The notes under the pieces were generated by a model. It saw nothing but the letters and a program-made list of their open reading frames with translations, ran no database searches and was not told the origin of the DNA. From contig NZ_CP047901.1 of NCBI RefSeq assembly GCF_009936135.1, forward strand, positions 216,984 through 280,983: a stretch of DNA of 64,000 nt, given 5' to 3'. The position numbers and the translations under genes were made by a program. Shown here one piece after another: positions 28,306 through 37,907 of this stretch. Each line of letters starts with the position of its first letter. Position 1 is the stretch's first letter. The stretch is from Candidatus Chazhemtobacterium aquaticus. GTDB lineage: Bacteria; Patescibacteriota; Microgenomatia; UBA1400; Chazhemtobacteraceae.

Positions 28306-29160
28306 ATGGCGCCCAAAACCATTATTATCACCGGATGTTCCTCGGGTCTTGGTTACCATACAGCCATTTATCTTGCCCAACAAGACTATCAAGTTTATGC
28401 CTCAGTTCGTCGCAACTCAGATCTTAATCTTTTTACTCACCTTCCCCCCCAACACCAACCCCAACCTTTCTTACTCGATCTGCGTTGGAGCCAATCTAGG
28501 ATTTCAAAAATCATCTCCTCACTACCAACACCACCTGAGGTTCTAATTAACAACGCAGGCTACGGATTCTTTGGTACCCTTGACACCATTTCAGTCGATC
28601 ATCTCCAGCAACAACTCGAAGTTAATCTCTATGGAACCTACAAGGTTATCAAGGCTGTCCTTCCCTCAATGAGGTCTCGTCGAGCCGGATTAATAATAAA
28701 CATCAGCTCCATTCTTGGTTTATTCTCTTTACCAGGCTACGGGCCATACTCAATCTCCAAGTTCTCTATCGAAGCCTTGACCCAGACCTTACGTCACGAA
28801 GAAACACCATTTGGTATCAAGACTGTTTCTCTCAATCCAGGATCATTTAGTACAAATTTCTGGAAAAACAGTCAGCTACCCCGCTTAAACTCAAAGAGAA
28901 CACTTTCTCCTCACCAGCAGTTTAATTCAAACTTAAAAGCATCTTTCGCCAACCCGAGACGTCAACATACACGATCTCACCCTCTCCAAGTTGCCAAAGT
29001 AATTAATCAACTTATCTCCACCCAAAACTATCCTGCCAATGTTCCAATCGGTCTTGACGCCCAGTTACTCTATTATCTCCACCGACTTCTTCCAAGACCA
29101 CTCTTCTTTTGGATTGTTAAAACCATTGCTCACGCCCCCCGTCCTCAACAAAACGCCTAA
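28306..29160 (+). CDS. Short-chain dehydrogenase/reductase (SDR) family oxidoreductase
   Basis: TGCSSGLG, NNAG and the catalytic YxxxK block (YSISK) are present. Confidence 0.8.
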   Translation: MAPKTIIITGCSSGLGYHTAIYLAQQDYQVYASVRRNSDLNLFTHLPPQHQPQPFLLDLRWSQSRISKIISSLPTPPEVLINNAGYGFFGTLDTISVDHLQQQLEVNLYGTYKVIKAVLPSMRSRRAGLIINISSILGLFSLPGYGPYSISKFSIEALTQTLRHEETPFGIKTVSLNPGSFSTNFWKNSQLPRLNSKRTLSPHQQFNSNLKASFANPRRQHTRSHPLQVAKVINQLISTQNYPANVPIGLDAQLLYYLHRLLPRPLFFWIVKTIAHAPRPQQNA

Positions 29161-30596
29161 CTCTTCAGTCTCGGAAACAACTGCTCACCTTTAACAACCT
29201 GTTTATTTCCAAAAATCTTCATTATTTTCTCTGCCGTTTCTGGCATAAACGGCTGCAGACTAACACCGATGTTCCTTATTCTTAACACAATCTCTTCCAA
29301 TGCAAAATTCTTATCCCTACCACTCAACTTCCAAATCTCCTTTTGATTAATCAAAGCATTTGTCTGCCTAACCTCATCCCAAATTATATTTATCGCCTTA
29401 TCAAACTCATAACCATCTAAGGCTTTTGTAATCAAATCATTCCTTCCTTCCCACTTTAGAATCTTATCTTCATCAATTTTAATCTCCAGTCCGTCACACA
29501 TCGCCATCGTTCGCGCAATCAAGTTTCCCAAGCCATTCGCCAAATCATTCATATAGTTCTCCTCAAAACGCTCCTGTGTAAAATCGCTATCGTCAAATGG
29601 ATTTATTTTGGCCAGCAGAAAATATCTAACCGCATCCGTTCCGTACTTATCTGTATACTCAATCGGATTAACCACATTGCCAAGCGATTTACTTATCTTT
29701 TGCCCCTGCGAAGTTATAAAACCGTTAATTAAAATCTGTTTGCTATTATCAAGGTCAGCCGCCATCAACATAGCCTGCCACATCGCCGCTTGCTGTCTCA
29801 AGTTATCCTTGCCCGCAATTTGAAACCCTGGCCACCACTGACTGTAATTTTCTAAATCATCAGGCCAGCCTAATGTCGAAACATAATTGACCAAAGCATC
29901 AAACCATACATACATTACCTGGCTATCATCACCAGGAACCGGCACACCCCAAGGCATTTTTTCTCTTACTCTGGAAATAGAAAAATCACTAAGCCCGCCT
30001 TCTACAAAATTTCTTATTTCTTTAAGTCGATTAGCTGGTACCACAAATTCACCACGCTCCTTATACAAACTCAATAGCCGTTCCTGAAAAGCCGAAAACT
30101 TAAAAAAATAATTTTCCTCTTCGATTACTTCTAACTCTTTGTTCGGGTGAATTGGACATCTACCATTTTCCAACTCAGAATCTTGTTTCTCAAGCTCGCA
30201 ACCAACACAATACTTAACCCGATAATTTTTTTTGTAAATATATCCATTTTCTTCCACCCTTCGCCAAAACTCCTGAGCCGCCATCCGGTGGTGCTGATCT
30301 GTGGTTCTGATAAACTTGTCATAAGACAAATTCAACGCTGACCTTAACAGCTCAAATTTGCCTGCATACTCATCAACATATTTCTGAGGATCCATTTTTC
30401 TTGCAAGCGCCATCTGGAAAATTTTTTGCCCGTGTTCATCCGTCCCGGTATTAAAAAATACCCTTTCCCCCAATAAACGATGATATCTGGCTAAAACATC
30501 AGCTCTCACTATCTCTAAGGCAAAACCGATATGCGGCTCTGCGTTTACATAAGGTAGAGTCGTTGAAATATAATATCCTCGCTTCATTCTCCTCAT
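29157..30596 (-). CDS. metG: Methionine--tRNA ligase (short form)
   Basis: PYVNAEPHIGFA (HIGH-like), a CxxC...CP zinc knuckle and KISKSLGN (KMSKS) are present. Confidence 0.85.
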   Translation of the reverse strand: MRRMKRGYYISTTLPYVNAEPHIGFALEIVRADVLARYHRLLGERVFFNTGTDEHGQKIFQMALARKMDPQKYVDEYAGKFELLRSALNLSYDKFIRTTDQHHRMAAQEFWRRVEENGYIYKKNYRVKYCVGCELEKQDSELENGRCPIHPNKELEVIEEENYFFKFSAFQERLLSLYKERGEFVVPANRLKEIRNFVEGGLSDFSISRVREKMPWGVPVPGDDSQVMYVWFDALVNYVSTLGWPDDLENYSQWWPGFQIAGKDNLRQQAAMWQAMLMAADLDNSKQILINGFITSQGQKISKSLGNVVNPIEYTDKYGTDAVRYFLLAKINPFDDSDFTQERFEENYMNDLANGLGNLIARTMAMCDGLEIKIDEDKILKWEGRNDLITKALDGYEFDKAINIIWDEVRQTNALINQKEIWKLSGRDKNFALEEIVLRIRNIGVSLQPFMPETAEKIMKIFGNKQVVKGEQLFPRLKS

Positions 30597-30619
30597 ATTG
30601 TATCTAACCCAACCAACCT

Positions 30620-30985
30620 TTATCTAGGTAAAACTTTTTTTACCAAGTCAGATATTTTTCCGCTCACTTCATCTGCCCATTGCTCGGCCTTAATCCTATT
30701 CAAAGCAGACTGAATTCCTGGATTTCCCATTTGCTCAGCCACTGAGGCAATTGTCGCCGAACTCACCTTCAAATGGTTCTTGATATCCTCATAACTTCTT
30801 CCCTTATCTAAATAAACTGCAATTGCTAAACGTTTAGCCATTGCAGTTAACTCCGAACTCGTCAGCAAGTCATCCATCACAATCTTCACCTCTCGAGGAT
30901 CTTTTATATCCGCCATCAACCCAAAAAGCATCTTATAAATTTGACTCTCAATTGTTCTATTTAACCGCCTGCTCGAAACCTGCAT
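30620..30985 (-). CDS. TrpR-related YerC/YecD-family DNA-binding protein
   Basis: LTSSELTAMAKRLAIAVYLDKGRSYEDIKNHLKVSSATIASV fits the TrpR-like HTH. Lies 23 nt downstream of its neighbour metG. Confidence 0.55.
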   Translation of the reverse strand: MQVSSRRLNRTIESQIYKMLFGLMADIKDPREVKIVMDDLLTSSELTAMAKRLAIAVYLDKGRSYEDIKNHLKVSSATIASVAEQMGNPGIQSALNRIKAEQWADEVSGKISDLVKKVLPR

Positions 30986-31118
30986 AATCCGCCTTTCTGG
31001 GCAGAAATTTACTTAATCAAACTGGCTACTTTATATCCTATCCTAGACCCTACTGTCAACCGTTAATAACACGCTCAACCCAACAATCCAAAGAACAAGA
31101 TCAATTCTTACCTTTCTG

Positions 31119-31472
31119 CTAACCCCTTTTTAATTTACCGCCGCCCTTATATATCTCTAACGCAACCAAAGCTCCTGTCAATAACCCCATGTTTACCAAA
31201 TTTGCTAACCCCCAAATTTGTAGATAACCAATCAACACAAACCAAATAGCAACCAACAACCCCCTTCTGCTGTTTGACAAAACTAAACTTGCCAAAAACC
31301 AAACACCTAAAAATAAAAAAAGAAAAAACAATCCATAACTTCCCGGTAAAGGATAATCTGCCACCACCTCAGGGTCAACCCATAAAATCATTCCGCCTAA
31401 AATAAACCACCAAGTTAGTGTAATGATCGCTGTCATCCAATAGTTCCCAACCCTTCTCTCTGGCTTGCTCAC
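31119..31472 (-). CDS. Hypothetical small membrane protein (3 TM)
   Basis: Hydrophobic ORF of 117 aa. Confidence 0.4.
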   Translation of the reverse strand: MSKPERRVGNYWMTAIITLTWWFILGGMILWVDPEVVADYPLPGSYGLFFLFLFLGVWFLASLVLSNSRRGLLVAIWFVLIGYLQIWGLANLVNMGLLTGALVALEIYKGGGKLKRG

Positions 31473-31528
31473 ACTACTATTTTACTTTAACTCTCCACCA
31501 CCATCTCCCATGTGCGATAATTGACCTC

Positions 31529-32557
31529 ATGCCAGATCAGTTTTCACTAACCCTAACTCTCATCTTCCTTGGTTTTGTGGCTCTCTACCTCTTGATTCGC
31601 CGCCAACTTCAACAAATATTTCAAAGCAGGGATGACGACACCCTTATAGAATGGCTAAAAACAACTCAGGGTGATCTTAACCAACTTCAGCAATCACTTA
31701 CTCAAACACTAAACACCTCCAATCAAAACGTAACTAATACCTTGCAGCAAAGCTATCAACAGCTTCACCAGCGTCTTGATAATGCAGCCAAAGTAATAAG
31801 TGAGCTAAAAAATGAAACTGGTAAATTTTCTGAAATTGGACGATCAATGCAAGACCTTCAAGATTTTCTCAACTCACCCAAACTACGCGGCAACCTTGGA
31901 GAAACAGTCCTTAACGATCTTCTCAGTCAAATCCTTCCCAAACAAGCTTTCTCTCTTCAACATCGTTTTCAGTCTGGAGACATTGTTGATGCAGCTATCA
32001 AGACTCAATCAGGCATAATACCCATTGACAGCAAATTTCCTATGGAGAACTTTACCAAAATGAACCAATCAGACTCCTCAAAGGAGCGCGATCAATACCA
32101 CCGCCAGTTCATCAATGATGTCAAAAAACACATTCGCACCATTTCCACTAAATATATTCGCACCGAAGAAGGAACACTGGACTTTGCTCTCATGTATATT
32201 CCGTCTGAAACCATTTACTATGACATTGCCGCCACATCTCCCGAGATCCAGGACTACTCTCAAGCCAAGAGGGTCTTACCTGTATCTCCATCCACGTTCT
32301 ACGCGTTCTTGCGCACTATTCTAGTTTCTTTTGAAGGTCAGCGTATTGCTCAAGAGGCCCAGTTAATCCTCAAAAGTCTAAGAGACATCCAAAAAACCTC
32401 TCACGAGTTCGCAGACAAACTATCTGTCCTTCAAAAACACATTACCAACGCCAATTCCAACATGACTGCTATTAGCTCTGACTTTCACAAACTTCAAACT
32501 AAAATAGACTCAACTTCTTCCCTTCCCGCCCCAGAAGAAAAACTCCTTTCCGACTAG
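31529..32557 (+). CDS. rmuC: DNA recombination protein RmuC
   Basis: N-terminal TM, a coiled coil, and the RmuC core KLRGNLGETVLNDLL...IPIDSKFP are present. Confidence 0.75.
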   Translation: MPDQFSLTLTLIFLGFVALYLLIRRQLQQIFQSRDDDTLIEWLKTTQGDLNQLQQSLTQTLNTSNQNVTNTLQQSYQQLHQRLDNAAKVISELKNETGKFSEIGRSMQDLQDFLNSPKLRGNLGETVLNDLLSQILPKQAFSLQHRFQSGDIVDAAIKTQSGIIPIDSKFPMENFTKMNQSDSSKERDQYHRQFINDVKKHIRTISTKYIRTEEGTLDFALMYIPSETIYYDIAATSPEIQDYSQAKRVLPVSPSTFYAFLRTILVSFEGQRIAQEAQLILKSLRDIQKTSHEFADKLSVLQKHITNANSNMTAISSDFHKLQTKIDSTSSLPAPEEKLLSD

Positions 32558-32575
32558 AATTCGCCTTTTCTTTGG

Positions 32576-33001
32576 GTGTATACTGACCCCAGCATGGCCA
32601 AAAAATCTTCCAAGACAGATAATGACACTACTCTCCAGGATCTTCGGGACGCGGTAGAACACTTTTCCACAGAACGCAACTGGGTCAACAATGATCCTAA
32701 GCAACTTCTTCTTTCTGCCTTTATCGAATTAGGCGAACTCGCGGAACACTATCAGTGGTCATCAGACGGCGCATGGCAAACAAGAGCCAATAAAAAGAAA
32801 GAAATAGCTTACGAATTGGTAGATGTTTTCTTTTATCTTCTTCGTTTCATCAATAAGAGCGGTTTCGATTTCTCCAGTAACTTCTACCAGAAAACTGAAA
32901 AACTCGCCAAGAAATATCCTGTGACTTTAAAAACAAGAGAAGAATACCAGCAAGCTAAAGATTCATATCGCCGTAGCGGTAAAAATAAACTCTATGACTA
33001 A
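32576..33001 (+). CDS. MazG-like nucleotide pyrophosphohydrolase domain protein
   Basis: FIELGELAEHYQW...ELVDVFFYLLRF is the EExxE/D MazG helix pattern. Confidence 0.65.
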   Translation: MYTDPSMAKKSSKTDNDTTLQDLRDAVEHFSTERNWVNNDPKQLLLSAFIELGELAEHYQWSSDGAWQTRANKKKEIAYELVDVFFYLLRFINKSGFDFSSNFYQKTEKLAKKYPVTLKTREEYQQAKDSYRRSGKNKLYD

Positions 33002-36000
33002 GCAACCCAAGCTCACACCCGCCTTCCAAAAAGCCTTAGACTCTCTTAACCCTGCCCAAAGAGAAGCTGTGACCTCAATCGAGGGACCTGTCATGGTCAT
33101 CGCCGGTCCTGGTACTGGTAAAACCCAGATCATCGCGACTCGCATCGCCAATATTCTTAGACAAACTGACACCGACCCTTCCGCCATTCTTGCTCTTACC
33201 TTCACTGACTCCGGCGCCACTGCCATGCGAGAACGGCTCATCTCGCTTATTGGCCCTGATGCATACAAGGTTCACATCTCGACCTTCCACACCTTCGCCT
33301 CTGGAGTGATCCAATCTTTTCCAGAATATTTCATTCGCTCCCAATCTGCCCAGCCACTTGCCGATCTAGAGAGATATCAAATCATCAACCAAATTATTGA
33401 CGACGTACAACTAGAACTTCTAAAACCAATCAACGCTCCTCACTACTACACCTCTGCCATCATCTCCTCAATTCAAACTCTTAAACGTGAGGCCATCGAC
33501 CCAGAGGAACTTGCCTCCGTCCTCAAACTTCAGCTGAAAAAGCTAGAAAAAGACAAAGACGATTTGTCAAAAACTGAGTTCTCCAACCAACAAAAAAACC
33601 TTACCAAAAACCTCGATCTCCTCAAAATCTACCAGGCATACCAACAGGCACTTGAAAAAACGGGTCGTTATGACTTTGAAGACATGATCAATTGGGTCAT
33701 CGACGCCTTTACAACCAACAATGAACTACTAAGCATCTTCCAAGAACGGTTCCAATATTTTCTCGCTGATGAGTACCAAGACACCAACTCAGCTCAAAAT
33801 CAGATTCTCACCCTTCTCACTTCTTTCTGGGGACCTCAAGCAAACCTCTTTGTCGTTCTTGATGATGAGCAAAGTATTTACCGTTTTCAGGGCGCCTCAC
33901 TCGAGAATGCTCTCAACTTCAAAAACTCCTTCCCGCAAGCAAAAATTATCACCCTAACTGATAACTATCGTTCCCAACAACTCATTCTTGACGCTGCTAG
34001 ATCGGTCATTAACAACAACACAATCAGTCTTCAGCGCTCTTTTCCCGAAATCAAGCGCGAACTCAAAGCCCGAACCAACTCCCCCGTCAGAAAAATCAAC
34101 ATTCACGCAGCCAGCCACTCACTTTTGGAGAATCTTTACCTCGCTAAAGAAATCTCCCAACTAATTTCCTCAGGTACCTCACCCGAGGACATCGTCATCA
34201 TCGCTCGTAATAACGCCGACCTTCTCCCTGTCTCCGACTTCTTCAATCACTACAAGATTCCCCACCAAATCCTTGGTGGACAAAATATCCTCAACACACT
34301 TGTTGTCAAATATTTCGTTAAACTTCTCAGGGTAACTCACCAGTCCAGACAAGCCATCGAAGATCTTGACCTTTTTATCCTCCTTCATTACCCATTTATG
34401 GAGATAAACCCTCTTGATATTCTCAAGCTTTCAAGACTCGCCGCCAAAAACAAAGCCACTATTCTCGACACTATCAACTCTCTCTCTGAGAGTAACAGTG
34501 ACATAGAACAACCACAAAAATTTATAGATTTCATTCAAAAACTTGCAACTTGGAATGAGCTTGATAGCAATCATATTTTTACAGAAACCGCTCAACTCAT
34601 TCTCGAACAATCCTCTCTCCTTGACTGGCTCCTTTCACAAAAAGACTCTCCCGAGCATCTCAAGAACCTTAACGCCTTTTTCGAAATGATCAAACAGCTT
34701 AACCATAATGACGCCAAGCTTAATCTTGCATCATTTCTAAATTCTCTCGACCTCATGATCGAAAATAACATCATCATTTCACCACCCGACGTCGACCTTA
34801 CTACTGATCGTGTCACACTCACCACTGCCCATAAATCTAAGGGCCTGGAGTGGGGACATGTCTACATTGTTAACTGCATTGACGGCAAATGGGGTAATCA
34901 GTCTACCCGAGAACTCATCAAACTTCCTCCTAATATCCTCCAAAACAGCCATCATGCACCTCATGATCAAATAGAGGACGAGCGTCGCTTGTTTTACGTC
35001 GCCATGACCCGAGCTAAAGACTCAATTCACATCTCTTACCCTCTCTCCCACCTCTCTTACGGCCGCACCCAAACCACCATTCCTTCTCAGTTCATTCACG
35101 AGCTCCCCCAAAAGTTAGTCAATCAAAAAAACACCCAGCCCGATCAAGATGAAATAAACCAACTTCTCCAGAAGCTAATCACTCCTTCCAGCGATAAGAT
35201 ATCATCTCCGGAGTCTGCCTTTCTTAATTCAGTTCTCGCTAACTTTCGGCTATCAGTCACCGCCCTTAACTCCTATCTTGAATGTCCGTATAAATTTAAA
35301 CTCAACACCCTCCTCCGAGTTCCCAAAGCCAAGGAATCGTATCTCTCTTTTGGTACTGCTGTTCACGCCGCTCTCGAGCGGTTCCATAACCAATTTAAAA
35401 CCGAAGCTAAACTACCGTCAAAAGACTTCCTCATCACACACTTTTCTACTGCTCTTCAGCGAGAAATCATGACTGAATCTGACTACCACGCCAGGTTAAA
35501 ACAAGGTAAAAAAGTTCTTTCCGCCTATTACGATCTCCACCAAAACGACTTCACCCCCCCTCTCTTTACCGAAAAATTTTTTGGCTATGGATTCTCATCG
35601 GTCACCCTAGATGATATTCCTCTTGCTGGAAAAATTGATCGGATTGATCTTGTTGATCCAAACAATCAAACTGTTCGCGTCATAGACTACAAGACTGGCA
35701 AAAGAAAAACCCGAGGACAGATAGAGGGCAATACCCAGGACTCCGACGGCGCCTACAAGAGACAACTGGTTTTCTATCAGCTCTTAACCGATCTTGACTC
35801 TAGTTTTTCTCCCAAAGTTGTCCAAACCGAACTCGATTTTGTCGAGTCCCCCCAACAAGAAAAAAAAACTGGTAAAGAGGTGTTTACCATAACTCAAGAG
35901 GAAGTTGAAGAACTCAAAAACGTCATCCGTTCCACCATGAAAGACATTCGCTCTCTCAAATTTAATCGCACCAAAGACTACTCAATCTGCCAAAGCTGCG

Positions 36001-36098
36001 AATTCAAAGACCACTGCTGGCCTCAAGGTATACCGCAATACTCTAGTGAACAACTATCTCTACTCAAAACCACTGACGGTAACTCAAAGGATAGATAA
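32994..36098 (+). CDS. UvrD/Rep-family SF1 helicase fused to a C-terminal PD-(D/E)xK RecB/Cas4-like nuclease with a Cys cluster (AddA/AdnB-like single polypeptide)
   Basis: The helicase carries VMVIAGPGTGKT (Walker A) and DEYQDTN. The C-terminus has RIDLVD...VIDYKTGK nuclease motifs and CQSCEFKDHC. Confidence 0.75.
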   Translation: MTKQPKLTPAFQKALDSLNPAQREAVTSIEGPVMVIAGPGTGKTQIIATRIANILRQTDTDPSAILALTFTDSGATAMRERLISLIGPDAYKVHISTFHTFASGVIQSFPEYFIRSQSAQPLADLERYQIINQIIDDVQLELLKPINAPHYYTSAIISSIQTLKREAIDPEELASVLKLQLKKLEKDKDDLSKTEFSNQQKNLTKNLDLLKIYQAYQQALEKTGRYDFEDMINWVIDAFTTNNELLSIFQERFQYFLADEYQDTNSAQNQILTLLTSFWGPQANLFVVLDDEQSIYRFQGASLENALNFKNSFPQAKIITLTDNYRSQQLILDAARSVINNNTISLQRSFPEIKRELKARTNSPVRKINIHAASHSLLENLYLAKEISQLISSGTSPEDIVIIARNNADLLPVSDFFNHYKIPHQILGGQNILNTLVVKYFVKLLRVTHQSRQAIEDLDLFILLHYPFMEINPLDILKLSRLAAKNKATILDTINSLSESNSDIEQPQKFIDFIQKLATWNELDSNHIFTETAQLILEQSSLLDWLLSQKDSPEHLKNLNAFFEMIKQLNHNDAKLNLASFLNSLDLMIENNIIISPPDVDLTTDRVTLTTAHKSKGLEWGHVYIVNCIDGKWGNQSTRELIKLPPNILQNSHHAPHDQIEDERRLFYVAMTRAKDSIHISYPLSHLSYGRTQTTIPSQFIHELPQKLVNQKNTQPDQDEINQLLQKLITPSSDKISSPESAFLNSVLANFRLSVTALNSYLECPYKFKLNTLLRVPKAKESYLSFGTAVHAALERFHNQFKTEAKLPSKDFLITHFSTALQREIMTESDYHARLKQGKKVLSAYYDLHQNDFTPPLFTEKFFGYGFSSVTLDDIPLAGKIDRIDLVDPNNQTVRVIDYKTGKRKTRGQIEGNTQDSDGAYKRQLVFYQLLTDLDSSFSPKVVQTELDFVESPQQEKKTGKEVFTITQEEVEELKNVIRSTMKDIRSLKFNRTKDYSICQSCEFKDHCWPQGIPQYSSEQLSLLKTTDGNSKDR

Positions 36099-36891
36099 CC
36101 CTCTCTCCGCCAAAATTCATCTTAAAACGGCTAAATCCTACCCAGCTTTTTCTTGGATTTCTAGAATCATCAATTCCCTCAAAGTCCCAAGATTTAACTC
36201 CTCTTTCCTTCATCCTCATCATTCCCTCCCACACTAGTTTTGCCTGAGCCCCAATTCTCCGCCCACTCTGTGAAGTCCAGGCATAATAATAGTAAGCTTT
36301 CTTTTCGCAAATCAATAACACTTCACCTGCTACAATCTTTTCTCGGTCACGTCCCACCACCATCACCATGTCTTTTCCAAAACTCTTCGCCATGTTTTCA
36401 AACGCTTGATATCTCGGTACATAACCTCTTCCAAATTGTTGCCACGACTTCCACGCTAACCAGCGTTTTTTAGCCTCCGTGATTTGTTCAACCTCCACCC
36501 TCGAAGCTTTCCTTATCACCCTTCTTGTATCTTTACTCACCCCTAACCAGATTTCTTTCTTACTTCGTCTCAGGTCTACCACAACGCTCGCCCCAGGAAG
36601 ATAACCGCTCTCTTTTCGTTCCATCTTTTCTCGAATGCAATAATCCTCGGCCTTATCATTAGCTGGCTCCCAAATCGAATAGATCACCCCATGCTTTCGC
36701 TTCAGTTGATTAAGACATCTACCCTCTGGCTCGTGCGCAAAACGTTGACACTTCATTATCGAAATCGGCAACATCGGTATTTTTTTTATCGCTACCTGCA
36801 CAAAGTTTCCTTTTTTGGTTTTCACCCTTTCTACCTTCCAGCCCTGACGTCGTAAAAACGCGCCATATTTCCTACACTGTCTTAAGTCCAT
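36064..36891 (-). CDS. FemAB-family aminoacyl-tRNA-dependent peptidoglycan peptidyltransferase-like protein (paralog 2)
   Basis: C-terminal similarity to its upstream paralog (AWTSQSGRRIGAQ...WDFEGIDD...GFSRFKMNFGGE). Confidence 0.55.
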   Translation of the reverse strand: MDLRQCRKYGAFLRRQGWKVERVKTKKGNFVQVAIKKIPMLPISIMKCQRFAHEPEGRCLNQLKRKHGVIYSIWEPANDKAEDYCIREKMERKESGYLPGASVVVDLRRSKKEIWLGVSKDTRRVIRKASRVEVEQITEAKKRWLAWKSWQQFGRGYVPRYQAFENMAKSFGKDMVMVVGRDREKIVAGEVLLICEKKAYYYYAWTSQSGRRIGAQAKLVWEGMMRMKERGVKSWDFEGIDDSRNPRKSWVGFSRFKMNFGGERVIYPLSYRQWF

Positions 36892-37898
36892 TATCTTTTC
36901 CTAGCCCTCAAATACACCCAACGCGCTTCATTCAAAGCCCGATACGGAGGGTAAAGCCACTTATCTATCACCAAATCATATGTTCCCACAAACTCAACCA
37001 GTTCAGCCCCAAACCCTAACTTAAAACGATGAAACCCATACCAGCTATCGCTAGGCTTTGGATTAGGTCCAGGTGATCCCCACATATCAAAAATCTTTGC
37101 CCCCTGGCTCTTTCCCCACTTAATCACTTCCCACATCATCGCGTCCGAAGGATAAACCTCACGGAACTCTCTTGTTGAAGCTCCGTAAGGGTAATAAATT
37201 ACTCCGTTTAATATAAACACCACCCAAGCTACTAATGTCTTGCCCTTATACTCCGCCCGAAACAACCTCGCCATACCACTCTTACTTAACGTCTCAAACA
37301 TCAGCCTGTGATACTCACGATTATGTGCATAAAATTTTTGTCTATTTGTTGTTTCCTCGGTTAGTTTCCAATACTGCTCAAACGACTCCTTTGAGTTATC
37401 CTCGACTACTTTTACCCCCCTCCTCTCGGCGTATCTCACATTGTATCTGGTCTTACTCTTCATCCCCGCCATGAGCTCCTCCTCTGTTTTAGTTAAATCA
37501 AGCCAAAAACTCCACCTTGTAAATAAAGGCCTTCCCCCATAAACAACATATTTTTCTCTCAACTCCTCAATCCTTGGCATTCCCTGACCTTTTAACACAT
37601 TCGGCTCCATTGTTACCAATATCCCACCCTTCTTTCTAACCTCCTTCTCTACCGCACTCACCATTTCTTCACTTGGTATTCCTCCTTTGGGCCAATAACC
37701 AACCTTCCAGGGCAAACGAGGTATCGGGTGCAGTGTTACCTGAGCAGTTTCCTCTAGATTGTCATCTCGATACCAACCCAATCGAATTACTTCCACACCA
37801 GTCTTCTCACGAAACTCACCCCACTCCCAACTTTGCAAGGGATGTGTTGCCAGTAAGTTAAACCTATCTTTATCAACCTCTTTTACCTCTTGAATCAT
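36891..37898 (-). CDS. FemAB-family (FemX-like) peptidoglycan interpeptide-bridge peptidyltransferase
   Basis: HPLQSWEWGEF, KSKTRYNVRYAERRG and C-terminal GFHRFKLGFG are present. Confidence 0.65.
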   Translation of the reverse strand: MIQEVKEVDKDRFNLLATHPLQSWEWGEFREKTGVEVIRLGWYRDDNLEETAQVTLHPIPRLPWKVGYWPKGGIPSEEMVSAVEKEVRKKGGILVTMEPNVLKGQGMPRIEELREKYVVYGGRPLFTRWSFWLDLTKTEEELMAGMKSKTRYNVRYAERRGVKVVEDNSKESFEQYWKLTEETTNRQKFYAHNREYHRLMFETLSKSGMARLFRAEYKGKTLVAWVVFILNGVIYYPYGASTREFREVYPSDAMMWEVIKWGKSQGAKIFDMWGSPGPNPKPSDSWYGFHRFKLGFGAELVEFVGTYDLVIDKWLYPPYRALNEARWVYLRARKR

Positions 37899-37907
37899 GC
37901 TTCAATT

